64,000 nt of DNA, taken from the NCBI GenBank assembly GCA_010015585.1, contig ML975152.1. The stretch is one strand, 5' to 3'. Of this stretch, positions 21,999 through 35,096 are shown in pieces. The DNA is from Eremomyces bilateralis CBS 781.70. Taxonomy: Eukaryota. Both the position numbers and the translations under genes were made by a program. Under the pieces are notes generated by a model. That model was given only the letters and a program-made list of their open reading frames with translations, made no database searches and was not told the origin of the DNA. How positions within the stretch are numbered: the stretch's first letter is position 1; every line of letters starts with the position of its first letter.

Positions 21999-24900
21999 TG
22001 TTGCGACAATTAATGTGGTATATTGGTCAATTGTTCAACGACTAAGAGCTTCCAGATATTAAATAGGAAGAGCGACACGGATCAGTACTTCTCTGCCTCA
22101 AAATGGGACCTGCAAGATTTTCAGATGTTGTCACTTTGCTTTGCGCGCTCCCGAAACATCGAACCACTCACGATGATTTTGATTCGGCAGGTTCCTAGTT
22201 CTTTCAGTCGACTGACGACGAAGATATCGGGACAATGCAGGAAATGACCACACGCAGAGCACTTCTCAAAGAAATGTAACTTTTCGCAAGTAAAGCGAAG
22301 ATACAGTTCTACATGTTAAACGAACGGGCGAGCTTGCAGAGAGACTGTTTCGACGATGGGCACTCATGTGCAATTACACTTCCTACCGGAACCCACCGTA
22401 CGATGGTCATAACGTCCAATCTTCTACGCAGCCATCTTGGATGAGCGAGAGAAAGAACGCTCATAGACGGATGAAGTGGAGATGACTCTAGGCATTTGTA
22501 TGAGACTGACACGCTCGCTAGGAAATGGAACTCTGGCAGCTTAACATATCGAGCAGCGCTTGATACCATTACATAACAGACTTTTCGAAAGAATTATGAA
22601 TCCATCACACTCAACGAGATTGATGTTGCTTGTGCCCTAGAAACTTACCCGGTGCAGATGAACCGGTCATCTCACCCATTCAGTTATTAATGTCCCAAGA
22701 AAACCAGTCCAGGAACAGTAAATGAAGCCCAAATTAACATCAGCCCTGACGGAAGGTCCCAGTACGCGACACCCAGGTCCGATTTAGAAAAGCCCCTAGC
22801 CACGAAACCATCGTGGCCATCGTGGGATGCAGCAACCGGTCTAGCTATCCCCAAAGCCGAGGCAACTTGACGGCTCAGGAACTTTAGGCTTCGGTCGTCC
22901 ACAACCGCCGGCCCCACTAGCGCGAAATCTCGTATGCGATTCTAGACCGATAATATGTTTAACACTTGCAGAAGAGACAAGGCTAGAAGAAAAGGCGGGA
23001 TAAAAGGAAGCGAAGGGGGGAGGTCCAGCCTTGTGCGACGCTTCAGGAACTGACACTGGGACGTTTGCAGCAAACGAAGGTTGTCAGTTGGTTACCTGCA
23101 TGCAGTTCTGATACCTGCAGGATCTGATAGAGGTGGATGGCGATGTTTTTGTTGATTGGACAATAGAAATCAAGAAGATGATGAATGGAAATCCATCACA
23201 GGCACATGGACGTATGTCGGCCTGGAGTATGCACCCCAGATTCGCCATCCATGTCAGTCGCCCGGATATGAGAGATGCCACAGGACTGCAAATGAGGGCT
23301 TGGTCGAAAGGGAAACCCGCGGGCATAGCCAGCGTTTCGGAACTGCAAGTCTGCACCCCAAGACGTACCGCCACCAGCGTCTTTATGTCCATGCGTATCG
23401 ATGTTTGATTTCCGTCGAAGCTTGACGAAGGTTTCCTTTCTTGGTGATATGTGACCCAGAAAGAGTTTTCTATGCAATCTGGTATGTGACTGATCTTCAA
23501 GTCGAAGCCGTGACACTGAGATGTTCCACCGTCAGAGCGTGTACACTAATTCCTCTGTTTCGGATCATCAGTCGTAGTCAGTCCTGCTACCATAGTGCTT
23601 TGTCACCGAAAAATACGTTTTAGGTAAAACAGTGAGAGGTCTTGTCAGAAAAGGCCATGCATATTGCGTATAAGTTGTTAAAAAACAATCGTTATAGTAG
23701 CAGACTGGCTGCAACCAGGAGGGTGGTCCCGATGAAGCTGTAGCCCATTCGACGACCACGCTGTTGACCAAGCAGATAGTCAACTCATAACAAAGCACAA
23801 GACCCGCTCCAATAGGCGTACTACATACCATTTTCCCCTTGCCGTTTGCGTAGAATGCGGCAATCCGTCGCTACGTACCCGAAGATCGTTCTCTTCTACC
23901 GACGTCGGTGTGCAAAATCCATGCCCCTCACCTGCCCCTCCATGCCCCTGTCACTAATGATCGCCAATCCAATTCAACCACACTCTTCAAAACCCCATAG
24001 ATGATGATGAGGAATCCGATACCGATGACGGGTGGCAGGAGAACCGACGATAGTGGCGTGGCGAAGACTATAGCGTGGACTTAGCTGAAGAGGTGAGAAT
24101 AAAGGATGTGAGATGTGAGATGACGACAGCGGAGGCAACCGGACAGTGAGTCTGTGATCCAATGGATGGAGTCGTCCCCGATCTTCGTCCGCGTTGAACT
24201 CGCCCGTTTTCTGGTGCACTGGTTCCGGCATCGCTGAAACTAACAAATGCATTCGTTGGGCTGTGCATAACATTCTGGAAACTGGCCAAGCGGCCTCTTC
24301 GGAGATAAGAAGATTCCCTCTACTACGTATGCTGTTATATGCACGAGTCAGACTGTAGCCAGAAGCGGATTCTTGCATGTCACTACCCTTTAGGCTTAAG
24401 ACGAGGTACTCGTTCAACCAGGTAGTCCCCAGTATACAGAGGGGGCCATCCTGATAATATCTGCGCCGAATGTCTCCATGATGAAGAACGAAAGTACCGG
24501 TACAGGTACTAGTACCTAATATTACATCCAACGTAACCCCGGACTTACGTCAGACCCTGAACATTGTACCCTTTTTCCCCTTCCCAGGATTTTGGCGTCG
24601 ATCAATAGACGTCCAAGACGCTCTACAATACAACGAGGTAAGTACAACAGGGCGATGCCGAATTAAACTCACGGTGGCATTTCTGGGGGGACCTAGACGT
24701 GTGAATGATGACTGCTGACTCATGCATGATCGACTGCATGGCAATTCGAGGATAGCCTCCAGGCCCCATTTGATGTTGAAAATTGCAGCAAGTCATCAGA
24801 TGGAGGGGCAGAAATAAATGCCTCTGCCCCACGGCGCTGACGTCGACATGTACATATCGCGGAACGGTAATAATCGTCAGGAAAAGCAAATTTTCCTGCA

Positions 24901-27900
24901 AGAAATCAGTTCGGATGGCGCACTTCAGTTCGCATGGGCAATAATGCTTGGCTTTTCGACAATAGTCTTCCATTAGGTCGACTAACACGGTACGGCAGCG
25001 TATTCCGTACAATGATTCGTTCGTCTAGTGCAGATGCTAATTGCTATTAGCTATCTGATGACGCTACCTCGCCTGTCGTCGGCTATTATTTAATGAGTGT
25101 CCGTCCGCCTCCGTGGCTACCTGCTCCGTACCCGTTTGCGTGTTTCTCCAGGAAATCCTGGGGTTGTGTGGGGCTTCCCATATAAATGTACCCGATGAAT
25201 ACCCTCCGCTCAACTTACGATCAATCCCAATTTCCCAAGAGTAGATTAGAGGAGAAATCTATTGTAACAGTAAATAACCACGCGGTCATACTCCGGGAAG
25301 GTTTGGGCAACACCTATGCCTCAAAAAATTCCCCGGTTCACTCGCCACCATCATGACCACCCGCACGCAGCCGTTGGCTTTCAGTCACGGCAGATGCACA
25401 TTGGACATGGGACTGGGATTTTTGGTGCACCAGGGGTTCCGCTAGCAATGGTGGTCGCCTGGTCGACCTAACTGGTCGATGGTCATGGGGTCGGGTCTAT
25501 CCCCAGATTTTCATCAGAACGGTGGCGGACGGCGGCAGCAGGGAGGGGAGAGATTGACGAATTGAAGGAGGGTGCTGGAAGAGGTGGGTGTGTTGCCTGC
25601 AGGAGCGGCAGGCGTGGACTATTCCGGATATGCGTCCTCTCAAGTCGAGTGGCACACCTTAGGGCTCTGCTGAGAGGGAGGAGGCCGATAGGACTTGGAT
25701 TCTTGGAGTTGCGGGTGTTCTTCGTTGGATTAGGGTGGTTGATGTTAGACGCATCCGTAGCAGACTGCCAGTATCAGGTCGTCTTATCTCTCGGATGCAG
25801 GCGTGGGGAGCTGGCAAGATGTTGAGATATTGGTTGGTTGCGGTATTAGTTCTCTGTTATACCACAGGTACTTGTACAGATTTGCGGTTGGGGTGTCATG
25901 TACAGATTGAACCGTTGAAGTTGGTAGGTAGTTTTATTTCCAAACTTGACGCCGGAGAATTAGGGTAATAGCCATACAGGAGAGCTCGATAAGGTTCTAT
26001 TGTCCGACCGGTGAACAATGCTAAATCGCTGCTGCAACGTAAGTATATCGAATATTAAGGGTTTGGCTGAACGTGAAGCTGTCTAGCTTCTCTGTTGGCC
26101 TGGTCCTCCTCGACAATTCCTTCTTCCTCAGGTGAGCAGTGAACGACTCATTGCTTTCGATTCTGACATGGATTTTCGGACACGACTGACGGCTTCCATG
26201 AGATGCAGGACGCTAGGGCATATGGAGAGACTTTTCATGCAAGTTGCGATCAGGGTATTTACAAATACGAGTTGGCAATCGCAACATTTGTTAGTTTGGA
26301 GTTTCGGACGAGTCAACGCAATACCTGTCTATCTGATCTTCGGTCATACCGTGCAAGTATCCATCATCCATTCAATGGAGCATCAGGATAGTTAGCCCGC
26401 AGTCTTCGGGCCGCTGGAAGAGCGCAGAACTGCAGGATCCTTTAATTCGATTGTCTGTGGGATTTGAAACTCAATTTCAACCGTCGGAATTCCGATTGGA
26501 GATACCGTAACTGGTGCATGTATATCACTACATGGAATGCTAGGTAAAAACGCAAGTATCAGGGTAGATGGGTTTCGCAGCATCAGCTGTGTGATATGGT
26601 CGTTCATGCGATGAACGCTCAAGATCATGCATCGTCAGGCCTATCGACTCGTCCGAAAGCAATAGAGTTCACCCTGCGATGGTGGCCCGTCCACACCTAT
26701 TTCGAGGAATGTGATTCCAGACGATGGGACATTCCACTTCAACCACAATCAGATTCTGTTGTTTCGTTTAGGTCGATATGAGAGAGGAGGACGGTTGATA
26801 TTGGTGATATTAACCGTCACGTGGCGGCAGGCATTCTGACTGTTGTGCAGTGACTGATCCTAGTCAACATTCAAGCGGCGAGCTGGCGATTCAGCGCCAT
26901 TATTACTCGAGTATTCCCGTACTCGACGTCTCAGATGATTTGGCGCCTACTCTTGTCTTCGGGTACGAAATGTACTATGTATGGCTAATTTCAATCTACG
27001 TCGAATTTGTTGTTCTCAACGGTGTACCTGCGGACCTTCGACTTGAACAGCGATGAAACAGTTTATGAAATAATGGATGCAGGACCAGCAGGAGAGTGCG
27101 AAGAGTTCGCTTTGTGCGACGGGTAGCCGCATCCTGGGTGCTCTAGATATTTATTTCAACCCGGTATGGCGGATACGATGCTTCGGAATCTCGCGCTTGT
27201 CGCCTACCTCAGCATGAATCCGTCTAATATCATTATTATTATTATGTTCCGGGCGTGCGAGTGTCTCTCATTATCTCATACATGAGATACATCGTAAATC
27301 GTAATACGAGACATCCACATTTCACAACGAACCAAAGGCTGGCCTAGGTCCTGCCAGGATGGACCCTGTCTCGTGGACTAGGGACTCATGGAGCGGTTAG
27401 TGAAGAACGGTCGGCGTCTGGGGTTGGGCCCAGCGAGAACATGGCGCAATCCAATGAGATGGATTGCCGGTCGAGCCGCCGCTACGGGCATAGCGCGACA
27501 TTTGCCCGCCAGGGTGACGCTGCGAGTCTGGCAGCGTGTGTCATGCAATCGGCTAGAAAAGGACCATTGTGGGAATGGTGCCGTTCGACTGTTCGAGGAT
27601 GGAGGCCGATCGGTCAAGGTTGGTTTATTATTACCGTTCATCGGACGATTGTGGCAGAAGAAGAGAGAGAGGGTGGCGTGGTGGCTGTTGGGAAACAGGT
27701 GATATCATATACGGAATACAGGATTTTCTATTTTCGAGTTCATTTCATTTCCTCTTGTTATCTGGGCGTTGAACTCTATTGTGGTCAGAATGAGATGATG
27801 GTGGGCAAATGGGCACAATAGGATCAGTCTGCCAGGTCAATCGTTCCCTGGGGAGCTGCAGCAGCCGACGCAAGAGTCGCAGGCTGAGCCCTGAACAGCA

Positions 27901-28211
27901 ACAACAGCAACGGATTCAAGAGATGGACAGTGCCAACCCAGCGGATTCATGTCCGCTCGCCAGCCAGCGATCGATCCAGCGGCAGTAGCCCAGCCTCCAG
28001 TCCAGTCAAACTTGGGCTCCAGCCTCCAGGGCCAGTCCAGCCCGTGCATACTCGTTGACCCGCTGGCGAGACGAGAATTACGTGCCAATTGTGTCCGGTG
28101 TCCCCCCTGTTCTCACGTCTCAGGCTCCAGAATCCAGACTTGGGCGGTGGGATACCCCGATGTCCGCTAATGTTCCCCAGCTTTTTTTCCCTTTCCATTC
28201 CGGCTTCCCGC

Positions 28212-28278
28212 CTGGGGTACTACCTGTAACCTGGGGCGCCTGGGGCACCTGGGGAATTGGGGATTGAGGATTGGGGGG
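28212..28278 (+). promoter_or_regulatory. Cluster of CTGGGG (CreA/Mig1-type SYGGRG) and TTGGGG (Adr1-type) sites; G-quadruplex-capable
   Basis: CTGGGG at 28212, 28231, 28240 and 28249; TTGGGG at 28257 and 28271. Lies just before the pyrimidine-rich presumed transcription-start region of the C2H2 gene. Confidence 0.55.
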
Positions 28279-29543
28279 CAATTGGACGATTTTCTCCATA
28301 ATATCGAAGTTTCGCTCGCCCCAACTTGACGCTTGAACCTATCCCCAGAAGTCCTAAACCCTCCGTCATCCGCTCATCCCTCCAATCATCCGCCCATCGT
28401 TACAGGTCGTCTAAGAGCAATCATTTCCCTCTTGGGCTCTCCGTCCCTTGGAAAAGGTTTGCTTTCCAATATCCTTCGCTCAGTCTGCAACCGGTTTCTC
28501 TGGCGGGTTTATACATCGGTTGCCTACGGAATCCGTCCTCGACTAGGACGGCAACCCACTGTAGACACCGTCCTGCATTATTTGTCCCTACCCGCCACAA
28601 TCCAGCGAAGTTCTAGTGTTCTGCTAGACTACCGTCTAAAAAGCTGACGCTGACTCTTCCTCTGGGACTCGTTCAGGATTGGCCTGTTCGACCGTTTTTA
28701 TGCAAGATCCTCTCCAGTATTTTATCCTCCCTTTCGGCTCATTCGGACGGTACGTCCCTGCTTAGACGCACAGGTGACCTTTGCTGCGTTTCCCCGTATC
28801 CACGCCTATTCGCTGAGTTGCTGGGCTTGCCTCCCGCTGTCCACCATCGGACTCATTTCCGCCTGCGTCAAGACTCAAGAGTACTTGCTTCCGTACTTAC
28901 TCTTCGTATCGCCACGATCCTTCCTGCAAGAAGAAGATCCTCAATTCCTTCCCTTTGGTTCATTTCTAATTGCCTTCACTTCATCGTTTGACGCCATTTG
29001 CCCACTCCTTGACAATCACCACCACGATCGCCCGAAAACATTGCGATCTCGGAGCGTTCGTTTCTTCCTCACGAGGCACGATTTCGGTTTCACGACTTTC
29101 TCACCCTTGGCGGCTTACGTATGACGGACGATTTGTCTTCGATTGTTTTCTGGAACGCCCGTTAAGTTCTCGCCGTGGACCGAATCGACTATTCCAAGCT
29201 CGATTGGTGCTAGGAATCGCCGCGAAGCCATCGTGGTGCAAACGACCCCTCAAGTTGTAACTAAGGCGAGAACGAGATCCCAAGGTCACAAGCCTTGGTC
29301 CGAGTTGGCTGGACTGTACCAAAAAGAGCTGGAATCCTGAATCGTTCGCTCTAATAGGCTCTTAATTGTCTCCCAACCGGCCGTGTACCAATCCGCTGGG
29401 TTGTTTGTGAGACGGTCCCGCTCGAACTTCTTCTGCAATCCTCCTTCGAGATCCAAGCGTATTCAATCTGTTGGAGTTATCCATTGGATGACCGCTCGCC
29501 AGGCTTATAGTGCCAGGCGTTGGCAAGATTAAGAGAACCGTCT

Positions 29544-32500
29544 ATGGCAGCCTCTACAGCAGCGAGTCGCACGGAGAGTGGGAGTGCCGACAATAATGCA
29601 GGCAGTAAGTCAGGACTCATACACTATCTAGTTGGGCGTCTTTATCCGTAGTTACCACCAGAGATATTCGATCCACTGACAAGGAGCTGCAGTATCGCCG
29701 AAGGAAGAGACAACTCTTAGCAATGCACCCAACTTTCCTCCGCCAAAGACCGACAAACCTCGACCGCACGTATGTACCACTTGCGGACGATCGTTTGCAC
29801 GGCTGGAACATCTGAAACGACACGAGCGATCACATACCAAAGAGAAGCCGTTCGAATGTCCGCAGTGTTCCCGGTGTTTCGCCCGTCGAGATCTCCTCTT
29901 GCGGCACCAACAGAAGCTCCACCAGCAGGGTGCTGCCTCCTCTCGACCGAGAAATGGACGTCGAGAAAGCACGAGTGGGATGCCTCCGACGGGTCTGCAA
30001 CGGGGCCGGAAAGGTTCGACTGCGAGTACTGCGGGAGGTCCGAACGGAACTGGATCCGGACCTATGCGTCCACGAGCAAACACCATCAGCCATATTGATG
30101 CAAGTGCATTGAACAGCCTATTAGCGAATTCTGGCGTCCCTGGACGGCCTGGTGCATATCCGAACGGGATGGCCCAGAACCCCATGATGTTTAACCTGGC
30201 GAATATGAATGGGTTCGGCGTGCGGGGTATGCCCAACGGATTTGGCCAGCACTCGGATCAAAACGCCCTCCCCAAGCTCGACACGCAGCTAAATATGAAT
30301 ATTGGCGGCGGGCTGCGCACTGCGCCTATCCAGAACATGGGGGACGGGTTTCACATGGATAAGATGTTTGGGTCGGCGTCGACAATTAACCCTGCGCAAC
30401 TTCATTTCAGCGGTGGGCTCGGCTCCTCCACCGGAACCTTCCCCACGTTTCCGCTAAATGGAACCGCCGGCTTCGAAGAAGAAGATAACTTCGACTGGTC
30501 CGCCGCCGGTTTGGAAAATGGTGCGATGAACGGTGACGGTGGTCTGGACGGTTCTTCTCCTTCGGCTTTGAGCACCGCCAGCCAAAGCGGGTTCAGCGAG
30601 GTAATGCTCGACGGTTCCAACAGCAACCTTCAGAACACCTGGCCGCACGTAACCATGGGCGCTCCCGATGTGGCACAGGGAGCATTTTCTTTGGATACGA
30701 TCGGACAGGCGATTTTCCCGGAATTGATACCACCGAACGCGACGCTTTCCTCCAAAGACTTTGACCAGAACGCCGAGAACTTCAATCTCTTTCCCCGACC
30801 AACGAACGGCAATGCCATGAGCCCGAACTCGAGCGGCACTGCGGTGCCAGGCCATTTCTTCCAGCCGCATATGACGTTTAACCATGACACCAACAGTATG
30901 TCGTCCCCTTCGGTCAACGGCAGTGGGCGACCCAGCTCTATCTCCTCCGTCTCCACCGACTCGATCACCGATGCGACGCGACAAGCGCTGTTGATCAGCT
31001 TGTCACAAACTCCTGGGTTTGGGCATACGAATCGCAAGTTCTCGCAGACTCCAGTGGGATCTCCGATCTCATCAGGTTACACACCTCGAAGCGAAGCGCC
31101 ATCGGTCGAGCTCCCGAGCACGGCAGACCTCCAGCGCTACGTCGCCTCGTATATCTATTACTTTCATCCTCACATGCCATTTTTGCATATTCCAACCTTG
31201 ACTTTTAATTCTCCAGCGTTTACCACCCATCTCGGCCAGGGCGTTTCCATGGTTGGTGGTGGCGGCTGCTTAATCCTCGCCATGGCCGCAATCGGAGCCC
31301 TTTACGAATTCGAGCACGACGTGGGCGAAAGGCTGTTTGAATACTCGAAGAAGATGATCAGCATATACCTCGAAGAACGACGACGATCCGGAATGACGTC
31401 GGGGAGCAATGCCGGTGCGGGCATGATGGGCGCCAACGCATCGAATCAAAAAACCCCGCTCTGGCTTGTTCAGGCCATGTTGTTGAATTTGATCTACGGC
31501 CATAATTGCGGAAACAAGATATCCACCGATATTGCGACCACACATTGCGCTGCTCTAGTGAGCCTGGCCAAAGCGGCCGAGCTCGACAAACCGGACTCCG
31601 ACGTGGAGATCGATGCACGACTATACAACGCACGAACCGGATCGATGGACCGAGACATGGATCTGGGCGAGGACGGCCTTTCGCCCACATCGTACGGTCC
31701 CAGGATGTCCGTGGAAAATACCGAGGAGATGAACGCCCTGCAGGCGCAATGGTACCGCTGGAAAATTAACGAGGAGCGGAAGAGAACGCTGTTCTGCATC
31801 TTCGTCCTGTCCAGTATCTTGGTGACCGCATACAACCACCTGCCCCGGATCCTTAACTCCGAAATCCACCTCCGATTACCATGCGAAGAAACACTTTGGG
31901 GCGCCGAGAGCGCACAGGCGTGGCTGGCGAGCGGTGGTCCTACTGCCGAACAGAATATCCCGAGTTTCGCCGACTCTCTTTCTTTTCTACTCACTGCTTC
32001 TCAGCGGGATAGTCACCACCACAACCTACACAATCCCTTCCACAGTGCCTTTGGCTCTTCAATGCCGCTCGACAACCTCCCTGAGAGTGATTTGAAGCCC
32101 AGCTCGTTCGGCTGCTATGTGCTGATCAACGCACTGCATGTCTACATCTGGGAGACTCGTCAACGACACAATAGCCGCCAATGGAAAACGAGCGAGACCG
32201 AGCAAATGCTGGCCCAAATCGAACCAGCCCTGAGAGCCTGGCAAGCCGCATGGAGATCCAATACCCACCATAGCCTCGAACGACCGAACCCCTACGGCCC
32301 GATGCCCGCCAACAGCATCCCGCTGCTCGACCTCGCATACGTCCGCCTCTTCGTCAACCTCGGCCGCTCGAAAGAAGCGTTCTGGGCCCGCGACTTCGAC
32401 GCCATGTGCGAAGAGCTCGGCCGCGGCATTGAGATCATCCAACATGCCGACAACTCTCGCGACGGTTCTGAAGGGCCGTTAGACGGCGCCCAATCCGCCC

Positions 32501-33247
32501 GTGCTCGCTCTGCTTCTGCGGATGTCGACATGAACGATCTGGCCCCCGGAAGCGATCCGTCCATGCCCACTCACCACCAGTCCAAGCGCGAGCGCCATCT
32601 CCGCAAAGCAGCCTTCTACGCCGCCGACTCCCTGCAGATGGCTGACAAGCTCGGCGTGACGTTCGCGGAATTCACGTCACGTGAACTGCCGATCGCGAGC
32701 GCCATGTGCACGTTTGACTGCGCCCAAGTTCTCGCCGAATGGCTCGCCACGGTGCAAGAGCGGGTGGGCCGGTTCCTCGGCGTGCTTGGCCGCGATGATA
32801 TCGATTACTCTCAAGTACCGGCAATTTTATTGCTCGAGGACGAGGATTGTAAGCTGCTGGAAAAGGTCGCGGAAATCCTGCATCATGCGGACTATAAAAT
32901 CGCGGTGGACATTGGCGCCGCGGCGCCAGGAAACCCCAATATCAACATGGCGGCATTTTCTGGGCCGTTCAAAGATTTCGACATGCGCAAGATGGGTTAC
33001 GCGAGCAAGCTACTGTTGACAACGGCCTACATGATGGAGAAGGCCGCGGTTTGGCCGAGTATGTGCCCCTGTCCGGTTTAAACCCCCAACCCCCCCAAGC
33101 AGCGCTAACTGGGCCATAGTCACGAAAGTCATGTCTCACGCTCTACAGCTGCACGCACGGTACCTTGACAATCGGGCACAGACATCATTGGCGCACCCCG
33201 TTGGAACCCCAGGAATGACTGATCAATCGGCACAATTGCTCTCCTGA
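29544..33247 (+). CDS. amdX: AmdX/Adr1-like C2H2 zinc-finger transcription factor with fungal TF middle domain, 3 exons
   Basis: Introns 29605-29692 and 33059-33119. [63 protein letters not shown] (mostly upstream of the ORF-track call), then [13 protein letters not shown] and EERKRTLF...LRLPCEE. Confidence 0.88.
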
Positions 33248-35096
33248 TGCGGCAAAGAACGCTTCAGCATTTCCAGCGATCGAATCACCCGGCCCCCGCG
33301 GCCCTCATGAGATTCCGAAATATTCTTCGTTCCCTGACATCGATCTTCAAAAATCCGTTGAATCCAGGCTACCTTTATATCTTTTCCGGCGCCTGGTCAG
33401 GGGGATTCCAATGGGAGTTTTGTTACACATTGTTTGTTCCACCCTTGTGGATGTTATCTAGCCGCATAAATGGCTACACACCTGTCGCTACAGGCACGCT
33501 CTGGATCCCGACAACCTTTTTCGGTTTATTCTGTTCGAAGGCAGATTCCAGGATCATGCCGGTTCGGTGTTTCGCGGTCGTTTCATGAAATGACTTGGGG
33601 TTGGCGCTCATTCTGCCGATGTCTCATCGAGGTTCTGAGCGCGTCAAACTCTCGGGTGCACGAAGGGATGGAGCTTGCGGAATTCGAGCACATTGTGTGT
33701 TCTGAGACGAGATGAATGATCAACGAAAGGGGTCTTGTTAGGTAGTAGGCTGGTGTTTTCTGCGGAGCGGCTCGGTTGAGGAGGATGCAGTTCCATGTTC
33801 ACGCTGGCTCCCAGTGCGAGACGAAAAGCGATTGACTGCCTTCGGGATTTATATGATGATATGGGTCTTGAGATGACTGGTACATAGGAATTACGACCGG
33901 AATGGGACATGGAGGTCAAATATGAAATCTTTGAATTGGTGTATATGCGGTCACCTTGTCCCCAACTTCAATTTCTCATTCTTCACTAAACGCATCATTT
34001 TCAAAAGTTTAATCGGCGTCGACCAATATTGGCCAGCCTTACTCCGTACTATGCACGATGCAGCCCCGCCTCTGGGGAAGTTGGCGCTGGTGGGATGATG
34101 TACAGGCGATTGGATAGGGGCTGCATCCGAGCCAATCCTCGGCTCTCCCATGTTAATTTCTCGTGGAATACACCTCACCACTCCAAAAGTTCAACCTCGC
34201 TTGTCTTGGAACATGATTCTACAAGCCACCTCCACGGTGTATTCTATCCTTGTATATGCCAGCTATTGATTCTGGTATGAGATCAATACTTCGCTAGACA
34301 GGGTGTCTATCCACTGTTCCGTGGCTTGTCCGAGCCACGGTTATTTAGAGTCAAAATCCATCCGAAGCCCGTGGGGTTCTTCAGAGTCACTTCTCCATGT
34401 CAGACGTTGATCAGAACAACCAACTTCTCAGGATTGTTAATCAACTCCTCCCACGCTTCGGCTTGAGTCGGGATGGCTCCCAGAATGTGGAGGCGGAGTC
34501 AAAGTACCATGAAGAAAGTATCTTAAGCTATCCATGCCCTCATCGGACTAGAAACGGGTCGCCGCAGGGCGAGGCTTTCCGGACGCAACCGTCGGGCATT
34601 TTCCTTGCTTGCCGGTAGCCATTAGGTATTACGGAGGATTCAGGAATCCTCTCAAGATTCATTATTGTTGGTTTAAACATTCAAACTTTGCTGGTCGGTC
34701 GGGTCGTCAATATCCCGTCCGCTGATGGTTCTGGAACCTGAACCCTCCTGACTCCATCCCATATTTGCCTCCACTCCCCCACATATCAGTAATCTGGTCC
34801 CATCTGATACTCAGCCTCTCAACGGATTTCCTTATCTTTCTAAGCCTCAAGTCCTCATATTATGCTCTAAATTTCTCTCTAAAGTGCCAATTGGCGACTA
34901 AAGAGCCTCCAGACCTTCCTCATATAGACCTCATCTGATCACGGAAAATTTCTCCAGTTGCCGAAGTCGGCTAGCACGCGACATCCGCGGGGTACCTCGC
35001 GAGGCCATCTATTCACCTCATGATCTCACGACTTTATTGAGTGAAAGCCCCTATACCCTCCCATCAGTTGGGCGTTGAGCCTTTGGGTTTGCCGTC

